Part shown: piece by piece, positions 46,701 through 54,727 of the stretch | How the letters are laid out: every line of letters starts with the position of its first letter | Numbering within the stretch: position 1 is the stretch's first letter | From: a virus | Taxonomy: Duplodnaviria > Caudoviricetes | Length of the DNA stretch: 61,805 nucleotides | Virus record (IMG/VR): IMGVR_UViG_3300030099_004395 | Span: 1 to 61,805 of that record | Direction: 5' to 3' (one strand) | The notes under the pieces: model-generated | What the model was told of the DNA's origin: nothing | Database searches by the model: none | What the model saw: the letters and a program-made list of their open reading frames with translations, nothing else | Position numbers and translations under genes: made by a program

Positions 46701-49678
46701 ACATGGCTAAGCTAGATGCTACTATACCTACTGGTTATAGTATATTTAATAATCCTATAATAAGGTTAGCTGCCGCAGGGATAAACACTAATGTTATAAC
46801 AAATTTAATTAGTGGTAAGTCAATGATGGCTGATTATGGTTTAGATGTACCTAATAATTTAAAGAATAATACAGCTGTTGTAGAGTTACAAAACAAATTA
46901 GTAGCAGAAGTAGAAAATGGTAAGTCAATAGAAGATGCTAAAGCTGAGCTAGATGCTTTCTTACCTTTAGCCCCTGACATGCAAGAGTCTGCTAATGAAA
47001 ATGTTCCTTTACTTAATGAATCTAAAGTGTTAAATGTTAATGACAACATGACACCTGATGAATTACTTAGTAAAGCAGCTACTATAGATGAAGCACTACG
47101 TTTAGCTAGAAAAGATAAAAAGAAAATTAAAAAGATCCGAGTGTTTGATTTTGACGACACGTTAGCTAGAACTAATAGTATAGTTTATTATACTAAAAAA
47201 GATGGATCTCAAGGTGAATTAACAGCTGAACAATTTGCTAGTGATGGAGCTAGGCTTGTACAAGAAGGAGCTGTAATGGATTTTTCAGATTTTAATATAG
47301 TAAGAGATGGGTCTCGTGGCCCATTGTTTAAGGTAGCTCAAACAATAAGAGATGCTAGAGGTAATGAAGATCTTTATGTATTAACAGCTAGAGCACCACA
47401 AGCTCAACAAGCTATATACGAGTTTTTAAAAGCTGAAGGTTTAGAGTTTAAAATAGAAAACATAGTTGGCTTAGGTAATTCATCTGGTGAGGCAAAAGCT
47501 AATTGGATAATAGATAAAGCAGCAGAAGGTTTTAATGATTTTTATTTTGCAGACGACGCTTATCAAAACGTTAAAGCTGTTCAAGATGCTTTAAGTGTTA
47601 TTGATGTTAAGTCAAAAGTTCAACAAGCTATTTTAAATGAAAGTAAAAATCTAAACAATGACTTTAATAAAATACTAGAAGAAAGATCTGGTATAGGTAG
47701 AGAAAAAACATATTCTAGATCTAAGGCTCAAGTTGTAGGTAAAAGAGTTGGTGGTTTTAAATTTTTTATACCTTACTCAGCAGAAGACTTTCAAGGTCTT
47801 ATTTATAAAACATTGTCTAAAGGTAAGCTTGGTGAAGAACAAATGGCTTGGTATAAAAAGAACTTGTTAGATCCATATGCTAGAGCTATGGAAAACTTGT
47901 CTAAAGCTAGACTACAATTAATGCAAGACTTTAATACTTTAAAAAAGAAACTAAATGTACCTGCTAACTTAAAAAAGATTAATGAGTCTGGTTTTACAAA
48001 CGAACAAGCTGTAAGAGTTTACTTATGGAATGAGACTGGTAAAGATGTACCTGGTTTATCTCAAAAAGATTTAAAAGAATTATTAGATATAGTAAATAAT
48101 AATCCTACTTTAAAAACTTTTGCAGATCAAATACTTAAAATAACTAAAGGTGATGGTTATTCTAACCCTGGTGAAAGCTGGTTAGCAGGTACTATAACAA
48201 CAGATCTTATAGATGTTATAAACGATGTTAAGAGACCTAAGTATCTAGCTGAATGGCAACAAAATTCTGATATAATATTTAGTGAACAGAACTTAAATAA
48301 GTTAGAAGCTATATATGGACCTAAGTATAGAGAAGCAATGGAGAACATGCTTAGTAGAATGAGGTCGGGTAAAAATAGATCTTTCACTGGTAGTAGACTA
48401 AGCAATAGAGTATTAGATTATATTAATGCTTCAAATGGAGCTATAATGTTTTTTAATATGAGATCTGCTATACTTCAAACTATATCTAGTGTAAACTTTA
48501 TGAATTGGAGTTTTAATAATCCTTTAAAAGCAGGCCAAGCTTTTGCTAATCAACCTCAGTACTGGAAAGACTTTATGGAGTTAATGAACTCTGACTTTCT
48601 TAAAGACAGACGTAATGGACTACGTATAAATATATCTGAGAGTGAAATAGCTGATGCTGCTAAAACTTCAGGTAATAAAGCCAAAGCTGTTTTAAATTAT
48701 ATACTTGAAAAAGGTTTCTTACCTACACAGTTTGCTGATAGCTTTGCAATAGCTACAGGTGGTGCTACATTTTATCGTAACAGAATAAATGATTTAATGA
48801 AGAACGAAGGCATGTCTGAATCTGAAGCTAAGGTAATAGCAATGAGAGAGTTTAGAGAGATATCAGAAGAGTCTCAACAGTCTAGTAGACCTGATAAAAT
48901 TTCACAACAACAATCAAGTGATTTAGGTAGATTAATATTAATGTTTGCTAACACGCCAATGCAATATGCTCGTATACAAAAAAGAGCATTTCAAGATTTA
49001 ATAAACGGTAGAGGAGATGCTAAGTCTAATGTAAGTAAAATAATATACTACAGTGTTGTTCAAAACTTAATATTTAATGCGTTGCAACAAGCTTTATTTG
49101 CTATAGGTTTTGGCGATGATGATGAAGAGGATAAAGAAAAAGAAAAGTATTTTGACACTGCAAATGGTATGGCTGATTCGTTCTTAAGAGGTTTAGGTAT
49201 AGCTGGAGCATCTGTATCTGTTGTTAAAAACTTCTTGTTAGATATATACGAAAGATCTGGTAGATCAAGACCAGAATATGTAGATAGTGTTTGGAAGTTA
49301 ATGCAGTTCTCTCCACCTATAAGCTCAAAGATATCTAAAATTAGACAAGCGTTATGGCAGTTTAATAGCAAGAAAAGAAGAGAACAGATATCAGAGATGG
49401 GACCTTTTAATATAGACAACCCAGCTTATGAAGCTAGCGCTAAAGTTATATCAGCTACAACAAACGTACCTTTAGATAGAGTTTTACAAAAGTATGATAA
49501 TATTAGTCAAGCTATGGCAGAAGAAACAGAGTGGTGGCAAACTGTAGCGATGTTAGCTGGTTGGCCATCTTGGCAGTTAGGAGTTGAAGATCAAGACACT
49601 GTTAAGACTACTGGAAAGTCAAAGTCAAAAGTTAAAACTAGAAAAAGAAAAATAAGAAAACGTAAACCAAAACGTTAG
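40754..49678 (+). CDS. giant multidomain (polyvalent) ejection protein
   Basis: 2974 aa; HELLH zincin at 44252; sigma region-2-like FDPSK at 44981; EEHNPP at 46559; HAD motifs DFDDT, LTAR and FADD at 47147-47557. Confidence 0.8.
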   Translation: MGNGNDWVPEGFELVEDEPTNASFEIPEGFELVEEEEKEKPITEGVAPAATQGEPEVSAEDMVANDIKNLETTLYDEKVVAAANADAAELEAAQKAEEEYEGSARTKRVRDEKLQDSKQYQKALKDGGYVDKSFDYKHVEITQPDGSIRTYPYSEVAANYGDVDEYVKRWQGKARVVDNTPQEVQEEQGFVDGKDQVSKETQARIEKESADRKKRIEELQKKKTSRENQLNSLEAKKKYNEEYLASKILDKEISRIDETSDYFKEHLGKNIYENLSEAIDAESMFGFDEDELIDIIDNNKDEAKKYLDKFFKGDKEFYEKWKNYYNSDGEDYDFNWTKNYLGDKLVKQNLRDAKGKYNEMFHYEREHTPEQRRRINEFQYENLLGVDEVAEARKAHNEESQRLQEIGQDWVVDENRGQKIYSRKVNKVRDNFGLLQREDIAVMHDLYGNDTEGKYAEGQYGVDTPLSRDELKALSLKAEEKIQQTNTRLAEDFATYQRQADELEADFAPYRDNINASLEVIKELEAKGISSTSSKEDIEAYNAAIQNVKDQQAEMLTSGLYQREEDLVQTYSDLKVANDRLMAQADLTGDLSLAVDASLKDYSNIHRMGLQLEIGFLGSGAMMLGSITKGVGDAIAWGTDVFTDASDEEVQDLYDQADKIKGVATNYNARLQNALNNEYTRNITVDDASWSTLDTYMGQMFANNSPSILTTLMTLPMGGLGGLSSGAARGTLAYRAAAMRAQMQAARLSQGLFFMQGYGGKMADLEITTLNAEQKIADLNKMIADSTTEYEKKGYQQQLNELNRQVSIPQWQRTTSAMIGGLSDMYMEKLGSLSYVNKFTRIAPISGSSTFKKMMYSGLNTGLNLSKEIGEEVGVQIINNASDNIFLGEDKSLLDGINEDFLVNTAFTSLAIQGPGMGGNAYNIIRDEVTNQVDRKKTIQRRNELFRIENELANNRTKLTKKEQRKLVDRKRAIIRAEAMQDVMTTQKLARMSTSDKKALFELNRKRRKAYNNIRAEAAKGSSKTSRDRKDRLVSEYKKIDEQRNNLLSQEARAREEASKDNFDPAQHAYNLGLNDFYTDVVAMNQEMKGNKLIRFNSENKPNIESLTNQYGKETAEAIMKSYEGGNNAANVPGTNDIILFQDNIDVNMQNTKMQTESEIAAVAPMHELLHIQNRNAGVVKDGVVVEQAKVAIEQLDASMKTNLDIGKITQEQYDNFVKRKEGYTTKDGVNVEELLNLYGDFVNIGVLTPSSLNGMYGIKNTLSALVNKFNPTNQAWLFPMQTGKDVFGYLQSFRKQAEKGKVAIDQEEEKKEDGIVESSNLQEMAKDFDMSKPSGRTRFLNENLAKDKDGNFVTDITKSKLGQDIGGIVETTTRRLYDKVPADLRQGVTRDDFKNDLTTLASTLIQQEFDPSKQDLDKFLSNRLNLRANKLATDTFGQEFTDDITEARDIAAEETADIVKDDNKKVNQSQRGIRLKNRLQTNEEQAETLKQAVDQIKSEINNLPIDQLNFKTLKDLATDKVQELFGIVPKPGNLTKGDVANAQNFINKNVEALMTMLPEGATPSGTSTGVQKVLLDKLYRKTDRAAMAKTGSKAGLPVQQKRNDITQAEFKEIFGITPAGTPNVSDRNTSARIKALVAQTERMLTNQEVRAALEKEGRDIPQALAEGKAEVMFSISLNNITPEQRELYDKLSNARSINDVAKILNLGDVTVNEKNRVAKQMEILKAIVDHKLSVNVFKAAMPASSGAVRMRVGKVPTLDKYLADNNIKGVPGDVWYKLTNGKFAKGVYKGKNAKGVKQFGPPVDSDGNPLTNLVAQRGRLYYGVTDPAYIEALEKTRNDTQKPKRIRVKGVITQKEFNANRAQSDMNMDILEDVALQLGNAVKAGMNPAIAALIIAQGYQATAGLIKIAARFDNVSDVMEYGKSKKQRTGEKYREEHNPPASVIGATLIGAIVNKNVEEIFPFIRKNYSQTQLSKAADEMLDMAKLDATIPTGYSIFNNPIIRLAAAGINTNVITNLISGKSMMADYGLDVPNNLKNNTAVVELQNKLVAEVENGKSIEDAKAELDAFLPLAPDMQESANENVPLLNESKVLNVNDNMTPDELLSKAATIDEALRLARKDKKKIKKIRVFDFDDTLARTNSIVYYTKKDGSQGELTAEQFASDGARLVQEGAVMDFSDFNIVRDGSRGPLFKVAQTIRDARGNEDLYVLTARAPQAQQAIYEFLKAEGLEFKIENIVGLGNSSGEAKANWIIDKAAEGFNDFYFADDAYQNVKAVQDALSVIDVKSKVQQAILNESKNLNNDFNKILEERSGIGREKTYSRSKAQVVGKRVGGFKFFIPYSAEDFQGLIYKTLSKGKLGEEQMAWYKKNLLDPYARAMENLSKARLQLMQDFNTLKKKLNVPANLKKINESGFTNEQAVRVYLWNETGKDVPGLSQKDLKELLDIVNNNPTLKTFADQILKITKGDGYSNPGESWLAGTITTDLIDVINDVKRPKYLAEWQQNSDIIFSEQNLNKLEAIYGPKYREAMENMLSRMRSGKNRSFTGSRLSNRVLDYINASNGAIMFFNMRSAILQTISSVNFMNWSFNNPLKAGQAFANQPQYWKDFMELMNSDFLKDRRNGLRINISESEIADAAKTSGNKAKAVLNYILEKGFLPTQFADSFAIATGGATFYRNRINDLMKNEGMSESEAKVIAMREFREISEESQQSSRPDKISQQQSSDLGRLILMFANTPMQYARIQKRAFQDLINGRGDAKSNVSKIIYYSVVQNLIFNALQQALFAIGFGDDDEEDKEKEKYFDTANGMADSFLRGLGIAGASVSVVKNFLLDIYERSGRSRPEYVDSVWKLMQFSPPISSKISKIRQALWQFNSKKRREQISEMGPFNIDNPAYEASAKVISATTNVPLDRVLQKYDNISQAMAEETEWWQTVAMLAGWPSWQLGVEDQDTVKTTGKSKSKVKTRKRKIRKRKPKR

Positions 49679-49719
49679 GAACAAAAAAAATGGGCACCAT
49701 ACCCAAAGTTCCTGTAACC

Positions 49720-49748
49720 AAAAAGGGAGGCCGCAAGACCTCCCTTTT
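49720..49748. terminator. bidirectional terminator at convergence of the two arms
   Basis: AAAAAGGGAGG-CCGCAAGA-CCTCCCTTTT; a second minus-strand hairpin TGGG/CCCA plus T8 lies at 49683-49705. Confidence 0.85.
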
Positions 49749-49753
49749 ATTAT

Positions 49754-49789
49754 TTAGCAGCTACAATAGCCGTTACAAAATGGACACAT
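49754..49789 (-). CDS. Cys-rich micro-peptide MCPFCNGYCSC
   Basis: 11-aa ORF with A-rich leader, ending just before the terminator. Confidence 0.45.
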   Translation of the reverse strand: MCPFCNGYCSC

Positions 49790-49822
49790 AATTTTAAGTT
49801 TTAAGTTATTATAATTATAGAT

Positions 49823-50182
49823 TTAACTAACAATTGCCTCTACATTCCATATAAAAATTATTTGAGGAATAGATAAATCTACTGTAGGTCTATATGACAC
49901 TCCTGGTGCTTGAAGGTTTCTAATAGTATCATCTAATCTTTGTCTTTCTATACTTAACTCTGCTGAAGGTAGTGGATTTGTAGAAGGAGCAAATATATTG
50001 TCTGAAAGATAAATATTTATCTCTAGCTTTCTATCTTCAGGTAAAATATATCTTACTGAAAGTGCACCTAAAGTGGTATCTGCTATAACTGATCCTACTC
50101 TATTAGTGTTGATAACAAATGATTTACCAAGCAGAAACGAGTCACTCCAAACAGTATTTGGTTCTAATTTTATAAATCCCAT
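49823..50182 (-). CDS. hypothetical protein, possible paralogue of 27718/28107
   Basis: MGFIKL...FVINTNRVGSV pattern. Confidence 0.65.
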   Translation of the reverse strand: MGFIKLEPNTVWSDSFLLGKSFVINTNRVGSVIADTTLGALSVRYILPEDRKLEINIYLSDNIFAPSTNPLPSAELSIERQRLDDTIRNLQAPGVSYRPTVDLSIPQIIFIWNVEAIVS

Positions 50183-50487
50183 TAGCTTAAGTTATAAGTT
50201 GTTAATATATAAATAGGTACTGAAGGATCAAATAAATTACTACCTTCTGTTATGTTACTTAAAAAATCCCAAAGCTCTTTTGCAATTGTTACGTTATCTG
50301 CAAGTGTTTGGTTTTGAGTTATTATCTCTGAATACTTTTCAATAGTTCCTCCAGTGCGATAATAAATACGCACTCTGTAAGCAGCAGGTGGTCCAACAGC
50401 TTGCTGGAAAACTTCAACTGAATATACTTCAGTTGTGTTTATCATTCCGACCCCAAAATCAGTTTTTATTCCTATTATTTCGCTCAT
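50182..50487 (-). CDS. hypothetical protein, possible paralogue of previous gene
   Basis: IIGIKT...MINTTEVYSV pattern. Confidence 0.65.
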   Translation of the reverse strand: MSEIIGIKTDFGVGMINTTEVYSVEVFQQAVGPPAAYRVRIYYRTGGTIEKYSEIITQNQTLADNVTIAKELWDFLSNITEGSNLFDPSVPIYILTTYNLS

Positions 50488-50489
50488 AA

Positions 50490-52352
50490 TTAATTAATTT
50501 CACAAGCACCACCAGCGCAAGCAAGTTCACCACTTAGATCAGTGTTATCTTCTGTTTCGACAACCTTTTCTAAATTTATATCTTTTAAATGTTGTAACTT
50601 ATTTATATAAGTTCCTTCGTCAATATCCTCAAAAGGCGCTTGAGTATATGTTCCGCCATCAAATGGTAATACAGATAAACCGTTGTAACTATCTCTATTA
50701 ACCCACATCCATTCTCCTGCATCTTCCCACTCTTCAGGTTTTAAACTAACAGTAGCAGATACGTTATGAGTATTAGATCCTTTTCTGTGACCAGGTACAA
50801 CCCATTCTGTAGCTACCTTTTTTATACGTTCAAGTAATTGAAAAGGTGATTCAGTTCTAAGTATAGATCCAGCCGGAGCTTTTTGTGGTATGCTAATTAC
50901 AGCCGTATCATGAGGTCTAAAAAACTCATCTTCAACTAGTAGTGGATGGTTTTCAAGTAAGTATTTATATATACTTTCGTTTTTACCAACTCTGATCCTA
51001 CGCAGATAATAATCATTATGCCATGCATGAATACCCGAAGACGTTCCCAGTGCCAGAGATGTCGTCCCTGCAGGCTTTACGGTTGTACATCGTGCTGCAG
51101 AATTAATTCCAATCAGCTTCGCGACTCTTGCGTTTTCTCTTTTTACTACGCTTGCGGCTTTCTTCATGTCGTATCCTAACACCGCACCCGATCCTATCCC
51201 AGTCATCGAGACGCCTATTAAAGCGTCTTTCTCTGTTGTTTGTTGCCATACTTCTCTTAAGTAATGAAAGTCTGTATATCCTGCTTGTAGTGTACCTATA
51301 AAAGCAGCAGCTTTCACTCGTTCGTTTAATTCTTCTTGTGATTCAATATCACTAGCGTTTACTTCACATAAGTTGCAAAACTGATATGGTCGTAAAGCTA
51401 TTTCACAACAAGGGTTTGTACCCCAGTCTTTATCATTGTTAAAGTATATCCCAGGTTCACCTGCTCCTGATAATTCTACACGCTTCCATAGATCCATAAA
51501 GAATGATTTAGTTACCTTATGTCTCATTAAAACAGCTGAATTATTTGCTCTTCCTCTTTGTGGATTTGTTTCCCACCAATTTCCAGACTTCGCTGAGATC
51601 ATCTCTTCGTCTCCTGCTGAGAACAGACTTATTAAAGCTGCTCGACGTATTCCACCAGCTAAGACGGCGTCTGCAATATGGCAAACTATATCGTGTACTT
51701 CTATAGTGGAGAGCATATCTCCATCTTCCTTTGAGTCTAAAACTCCTGTTATCTTTACTATACATTCTTTAAGTGGTTGAGGTCCAGGTGCTTTACCACC
51801 AGACGTTACTAACAGTGCACCCTTGGGGCGTATATCAGAGTAATCAAACTCTATTCGTGAACTTCTCTTGTCACCTAAATATGATTTCATTAACACTTTA
51901 ATAGCATCAGCCCAACCTTCAATTGAGTCACCTATTAAAAATCTTCTTGTTCTTTTGGTGTATGGTTTATTTACTGGATCTAATTTTTCTACATGGTGTT
52001 GTTGTACAGAATAACCTACACCAGTACCACCAAGTAATAAAAACATTATCTCATTAAACGATTCAATATGATCAATAGGTAAATAAGCACAATTGTAAAC
52101 ACGATTAGGTGATATTTCAATTGGCTTACCACCGAACTGAAGAGATCGCATAGATGGTAAAATTTTCTTTTCATAAACTAATTTATAAACTTTTTCTATA
52201 TTTTCTTTTAAATCAGGATACTTTTTAATATGCATGTTCTTGTTTCTTGTAACAAGTTCTTCCCATGTTTCTCTTCGATTTAATTCTGGCATGTATTTCG
52301 CGTACTTCATGTAAACGGTAATATCACTTAGTATCTGATTTGATAGCTCCAT
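50490..52352 (-). CDS. nrdJ: class II (B12-dependent) ribonucleotide reductase
   Basis: YNCAY, GGTGVG, TNPCCEI, TTVKPAGT and C-terminal CAGGAC; no small subunit adjacent. Confidence 0.88.
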   Translation of the reverse strand: MELSNQILSDITVYMKYAKYMPELNRRETWEELVTRNKNMHIKKYPDLKENIEKVYKLVYEKKILPSMRSLQFGGKPIEISPNRVYNCAYLPIDHIESFNEIMFLLLGGTGVGYSVQQHHVEKLDPVNKPYTKRTRRFLIGDSIEGWADAIKVLMKSYLGDKRSSRIEFDYSDIRPKGALLVTSGGKAPGPQPLKECIVKITGVLDSKEDGDMLSTIEVHDIVCHIADAVLAGGIRRAALISLFSAGDEEMISAKSGNWWETNPQRGRANNSAVLMRHKVTKSFFMDLWKRVELSGAGEPGIYFNNDKDWGTNPCCEIALRPYQFCNLCEVNASDIESQEELNERVKAAAFIGTLQAGYTDFHYLREVWQQTTEKDALIGVSMTGIGSGAVLGYDMKKAASVVKRENARVAKLIGINSAARCTTVKPAGTTSLALGTSSGIHAWHNDYYLRRIRVGKNESIYKYLLENHPLLVEDEFFRPHDTAVISIPQKAPAGSILRTESPFQLLERIKKVATEWVVPGHRKGSNTHNVSATVSLKPEEWEDAGEWMWVNRDSYNGLSVLPFDGGTYTQAPFEDIDEGTYINKLQHLKDINLEKVVETEDNTDLSGELACAGGACEIN

Positions 52353-52542
52353 CTTCTTTTTCTTCTTTAACTTTTTCTTTTATTTTACCTAAAGCATCTT
52401 CATAATCTGGCATATGCTTTATCGTTTCTAATGTACCCATTGATACAGTTCTCAAGTAATCCAGCTCTTGCATCATGTGTTGTATAACACTTGTCAAAGA
52501 CTGGATTTTATTTTTCATTTCAATTAAAGTTTGTTCTTTCAT
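52324..52542 (-). CDS. hypothetical coiled-coil protein
   Basis: ORF track. Confidence 0.7.
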   Translation of the reverse strand: MKEQTLIEMKNKIQSLTSVIQHMMQELDYLRTVSMGTLETIKHMPDYEDALGKIKEKVKEEKEDGAIKSDTK

Positions 52543-53102
52543 TTATAAAACATTACAAATACTTTTCTTCCTTTTTCCCAACATTTATTAGGATATTTAC
52601 TGTGAAAATAATTAGATGGATATGATAGTAATCTATTTTGTTTATATCCTATTACTGTATTTAATTTCCAGTTTTCTAACTTGTTAGACTCATTTAAAAT
52701 TAGATCATCGTATTTACTAGATGTTAATTGAGACATAGGTAAACTATGCCCTAGCTCTTTGTGTTCCCACAATGCCGTACCATTTAATTCATCTAAACCT
52801 GGTTCTGATAAGTATAACACTATAGCTCTAGTAGGTAATTCACCCGCTATAATAGAGTCACAATGTATTCTCCAGTCTGTATCTAATTCATCTGTAGCTA
52901 TTCTAAAAAAAGAAAGTATATTATTTATTTTCTTATTTTCAATATCAGATAATCTATTACACATGTACGATGTAAAATCTTCTGGTGAATCCATTATCCA
53001 AAATTTTTTATCACCTGTATCTACTTCTCTAAAATCTACTAAGTATTTATTTAAAGTTCTTAAAATATTATTTCTTAAAAAATCGTCAATTACGTATATC
53101 AT
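52539..53102 (-). CDS. 2OG-Fe(II) oxygenase
   Basis: IYVIDDFL; HCD (HxD); GTALW; NRLLSY...FHS; RKVFVMF. Confidence 0.75.
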   Translation of the reverse strand: MIYVIDDFLRNNILRTLNKYLVDFREVDTGDKKFWIMDSPEDFTSYMCNRLSDIENKKINNILSFFRIATDELDTDWRIHCDSIIAGELPTRAIVLYLSEPGLDELNGTALWEHKELGHSLPMSQLTSSKYDDLILNESNKLENWKLNTVIGYKQNRLLSYPSNYFHSKYPNKCWEKGRKVFVMFYK

Positions 53103-53253
53103 ACTTATTACTATATTCTATTAACTCTTTATATTTTAAATAACCTTTGCTTTCAATACTCCATTTAATAAACTGATCTAACTTACGCTCAGCATATTTT
53201 CTTCTAGCTAAGTCTTTTTTTTCCCAAGTATTAAGTTCACGGTTTCGTCGCAT
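53086..53253 (-). CDS. small basic hypothetical protein (55 aa)
   Basis: ORF read manually, MRRNRELNTWEKK...; fills gap. Confidence 0.5.
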   Translation of the reverse strand: MRRNRELNTWEKKDLARRKYAERKLDQFIKWSIESKGYLKYKELIEYSNKYDIRN

Positions 53254-53651
53254 TCTTTTTGATTTTGAGGTTTATAGATCTTAACTTTAGGAAGTTTTTT
53301 CGCGGCATACATCTTAAAAAGTTTCCAACGTATAGGAAAAGACTCATTAGGCCGTCCTTTGCATTCGATGACGAAGTTATTTCCTGTAAAATCAGGTGTA
53401 TAAGTGACTTTACGTATCTTTTTGCCTCCTCTATCTCTATATTCTCCTTTAGAGTTTGCTTGTCTTTCATAACATTTATTTTTAAAGTCAAACGAAGGGA
53501 TCAACTCATAGCTAACCCCTTCATATTTAGCTTTTATTTTTGCGGCTTTTAATGCTTTATACATATAAGCTTCAAGGCCTGACTTAAACTCTATGTTATC
53601 AACGATAACTTTTTTAGATCGTACAGGACCTCTTTTCTTACGTCGAAACAT
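53208..53651 (-). CDS. T7 endonuclease I-like PD-(D/E)xK nuclease or resolvase
   Basis: FKSGLE...YTPDF...IECKG. Confidence 0.8.
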   Translation of the reverse strand: MFRRKKRGPVRSKKVIVDNIEFKSGLEAYMYKALKAAKIKAKYEGVSYELIPSFDFKNKCYERQANSKGEYRDRGGKKIRKVTYTPDFTGNNFVIECKGRPNESFPIRWKLFKMYAAKKLPKVKIYKPQNQKECDETVNLILGKKKT

Positions 53652-53910
53652 CTGTTACGTAATAAGGTAAACCTGGATTACCTATCTCAAGTTCGCTGAG
53701 TTCTTCTCGGGCGGCTTGAATATAAAGTATCGCATCCATTAATTCTTCTTGTACGTCGTTTAAATATGCAGCAAGATCTTTAACACCAGTCTTACGTTCA
53801 TTATCTAGTGTTTGTCCGTATTTTTTGTAACCCACATCAGAACGTGTTACAAATTTGTCACACACTCTTTCTACAACAGGATCTCTGAATTTCATTTCTT
53901 TAGTCTTCAT
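53638..53910 (-). CDS. all-alpha NTP pyrophosphatase-like (MazG-type) protein
   Basis: GYKKYGQTL...QEELMDAILY. Confidence 0.6.
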   Translation of the reverse strand: MKTKEMKFRDPVVERVCDKFVTRSDVGYKKYGQTLDNERKTGVKDLAAYLNDVQEELMDAILYIQAAREELSELEIGNPGLPYYVTDVST

Positions 53911-54727
53911 CTTTTACAAATGTTCCGTTAATCATTTTACCAGTACGTTTTGATATTACTTTGTATGCACTGTCTATACAATGTTCTATAGACACTCCGC
54001 CTAAATGAGCCATGTTGGTTAACACAACTACCATATCACCTATAGCATCTACAAATTCTGCCTCATCATTTTTTAACACTGCCCTACCAAGCTCACCTGC
54101 TTCTTCCATTAACTTACAGAACTGAGTTTTAGTATCACCTTTTTTGTATAAGCCTCTTTCCATAGCCCAATCTCTTATTAACTGAAACCTATCTGTTTCA
54201 ACCCAAGCATGACCCTCTTGTTTTACGTGTCTATCTGCTACTTGACTAACATATTTAGAAAAGTTATCTGCTATAATAGGCTTTACATTAGCTTCATAAA
54301 AAGCTTTATTATATATATAAGATCTTTTCTTATTAAACATAGATGTTGAAGCGTTGTTCATGATCCATTGTATACTTTCTTTTGTTAGCTCAAATGTGCC
54401 ATGTACTGTTTGCCATTTCTTACCTATCTCATCCATTAACCTACCTTTTAATTTGTTTAATGGAACTGGAAATGTTGAGGTTTGTTCGGTTGCGTTTATC
54501 TTCATTTTAAATAATTTATTATATGGTTTAAGGTCTACTTTATAGCCGTAAGACTTTTGAAGTTCTAACTCGCGGCTCGATATATAATCGATGTCTGTGC
54601 TTTGATCTAGAACTTCGTACTCGTCTGGGCTATAACCTTGTTGTTCGGTAACCCTGCTATTAAGATTACGTGTAACACCTATTTTTTTACCCGGTATGTG
54701 GTATAAATAATATGTTGTTTTATCCAT
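53900..54727 (-). CDS. GIY-YIG-like plus MazG nucleotide pyrophosphohydrolase fusion
   Basis: N-terminal YLYH...KIGVT...R...E; C-terminal KLMEEAGEL...DAIGD. Confidence 0.75.
   Translation of the reverse strand: MDKTTYYLYHIPGKKIGVTRNLNSRVTEQQGYSPDEYEVLDQSTDIDYISSRELELQKSYGYKVDLKPYNKLFKMKINATEQTSTFPVPLNKLKGRLMDEIGKKWQTVHGTFELTKESIQWIMNNASTSMFNKKRSYIYNKAFYEANVKPIIADNFSKYVSQVADRHVKQEGHAWVETDRFQLIRDWAMERGLYKKGDTKTQFCKLMEEAGELGRAVLKNDEAEFVDAIGDMVVVLTNMAHLGGVSIEHCIDSAYKVISKRTGKMINGTFVKDED

Noticed and set aside
47147-47161. DFDD as the catalytic motif of a crAss-like virion RNA polymerase
   Set aside because: Context is hhhDxDxT with downstream TAR, K and DD, which is a HAD signature, not DxDxD in a double-psi barrel.
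5073-49419. Many antisense and alternate-frame ORFs in the ORF track (e.g. 5073-5324, 8995-9261, 20669-21124, 46834-47160)
   Set aside because: They lie within long, well-supported genes and have shadow-ORF composition.
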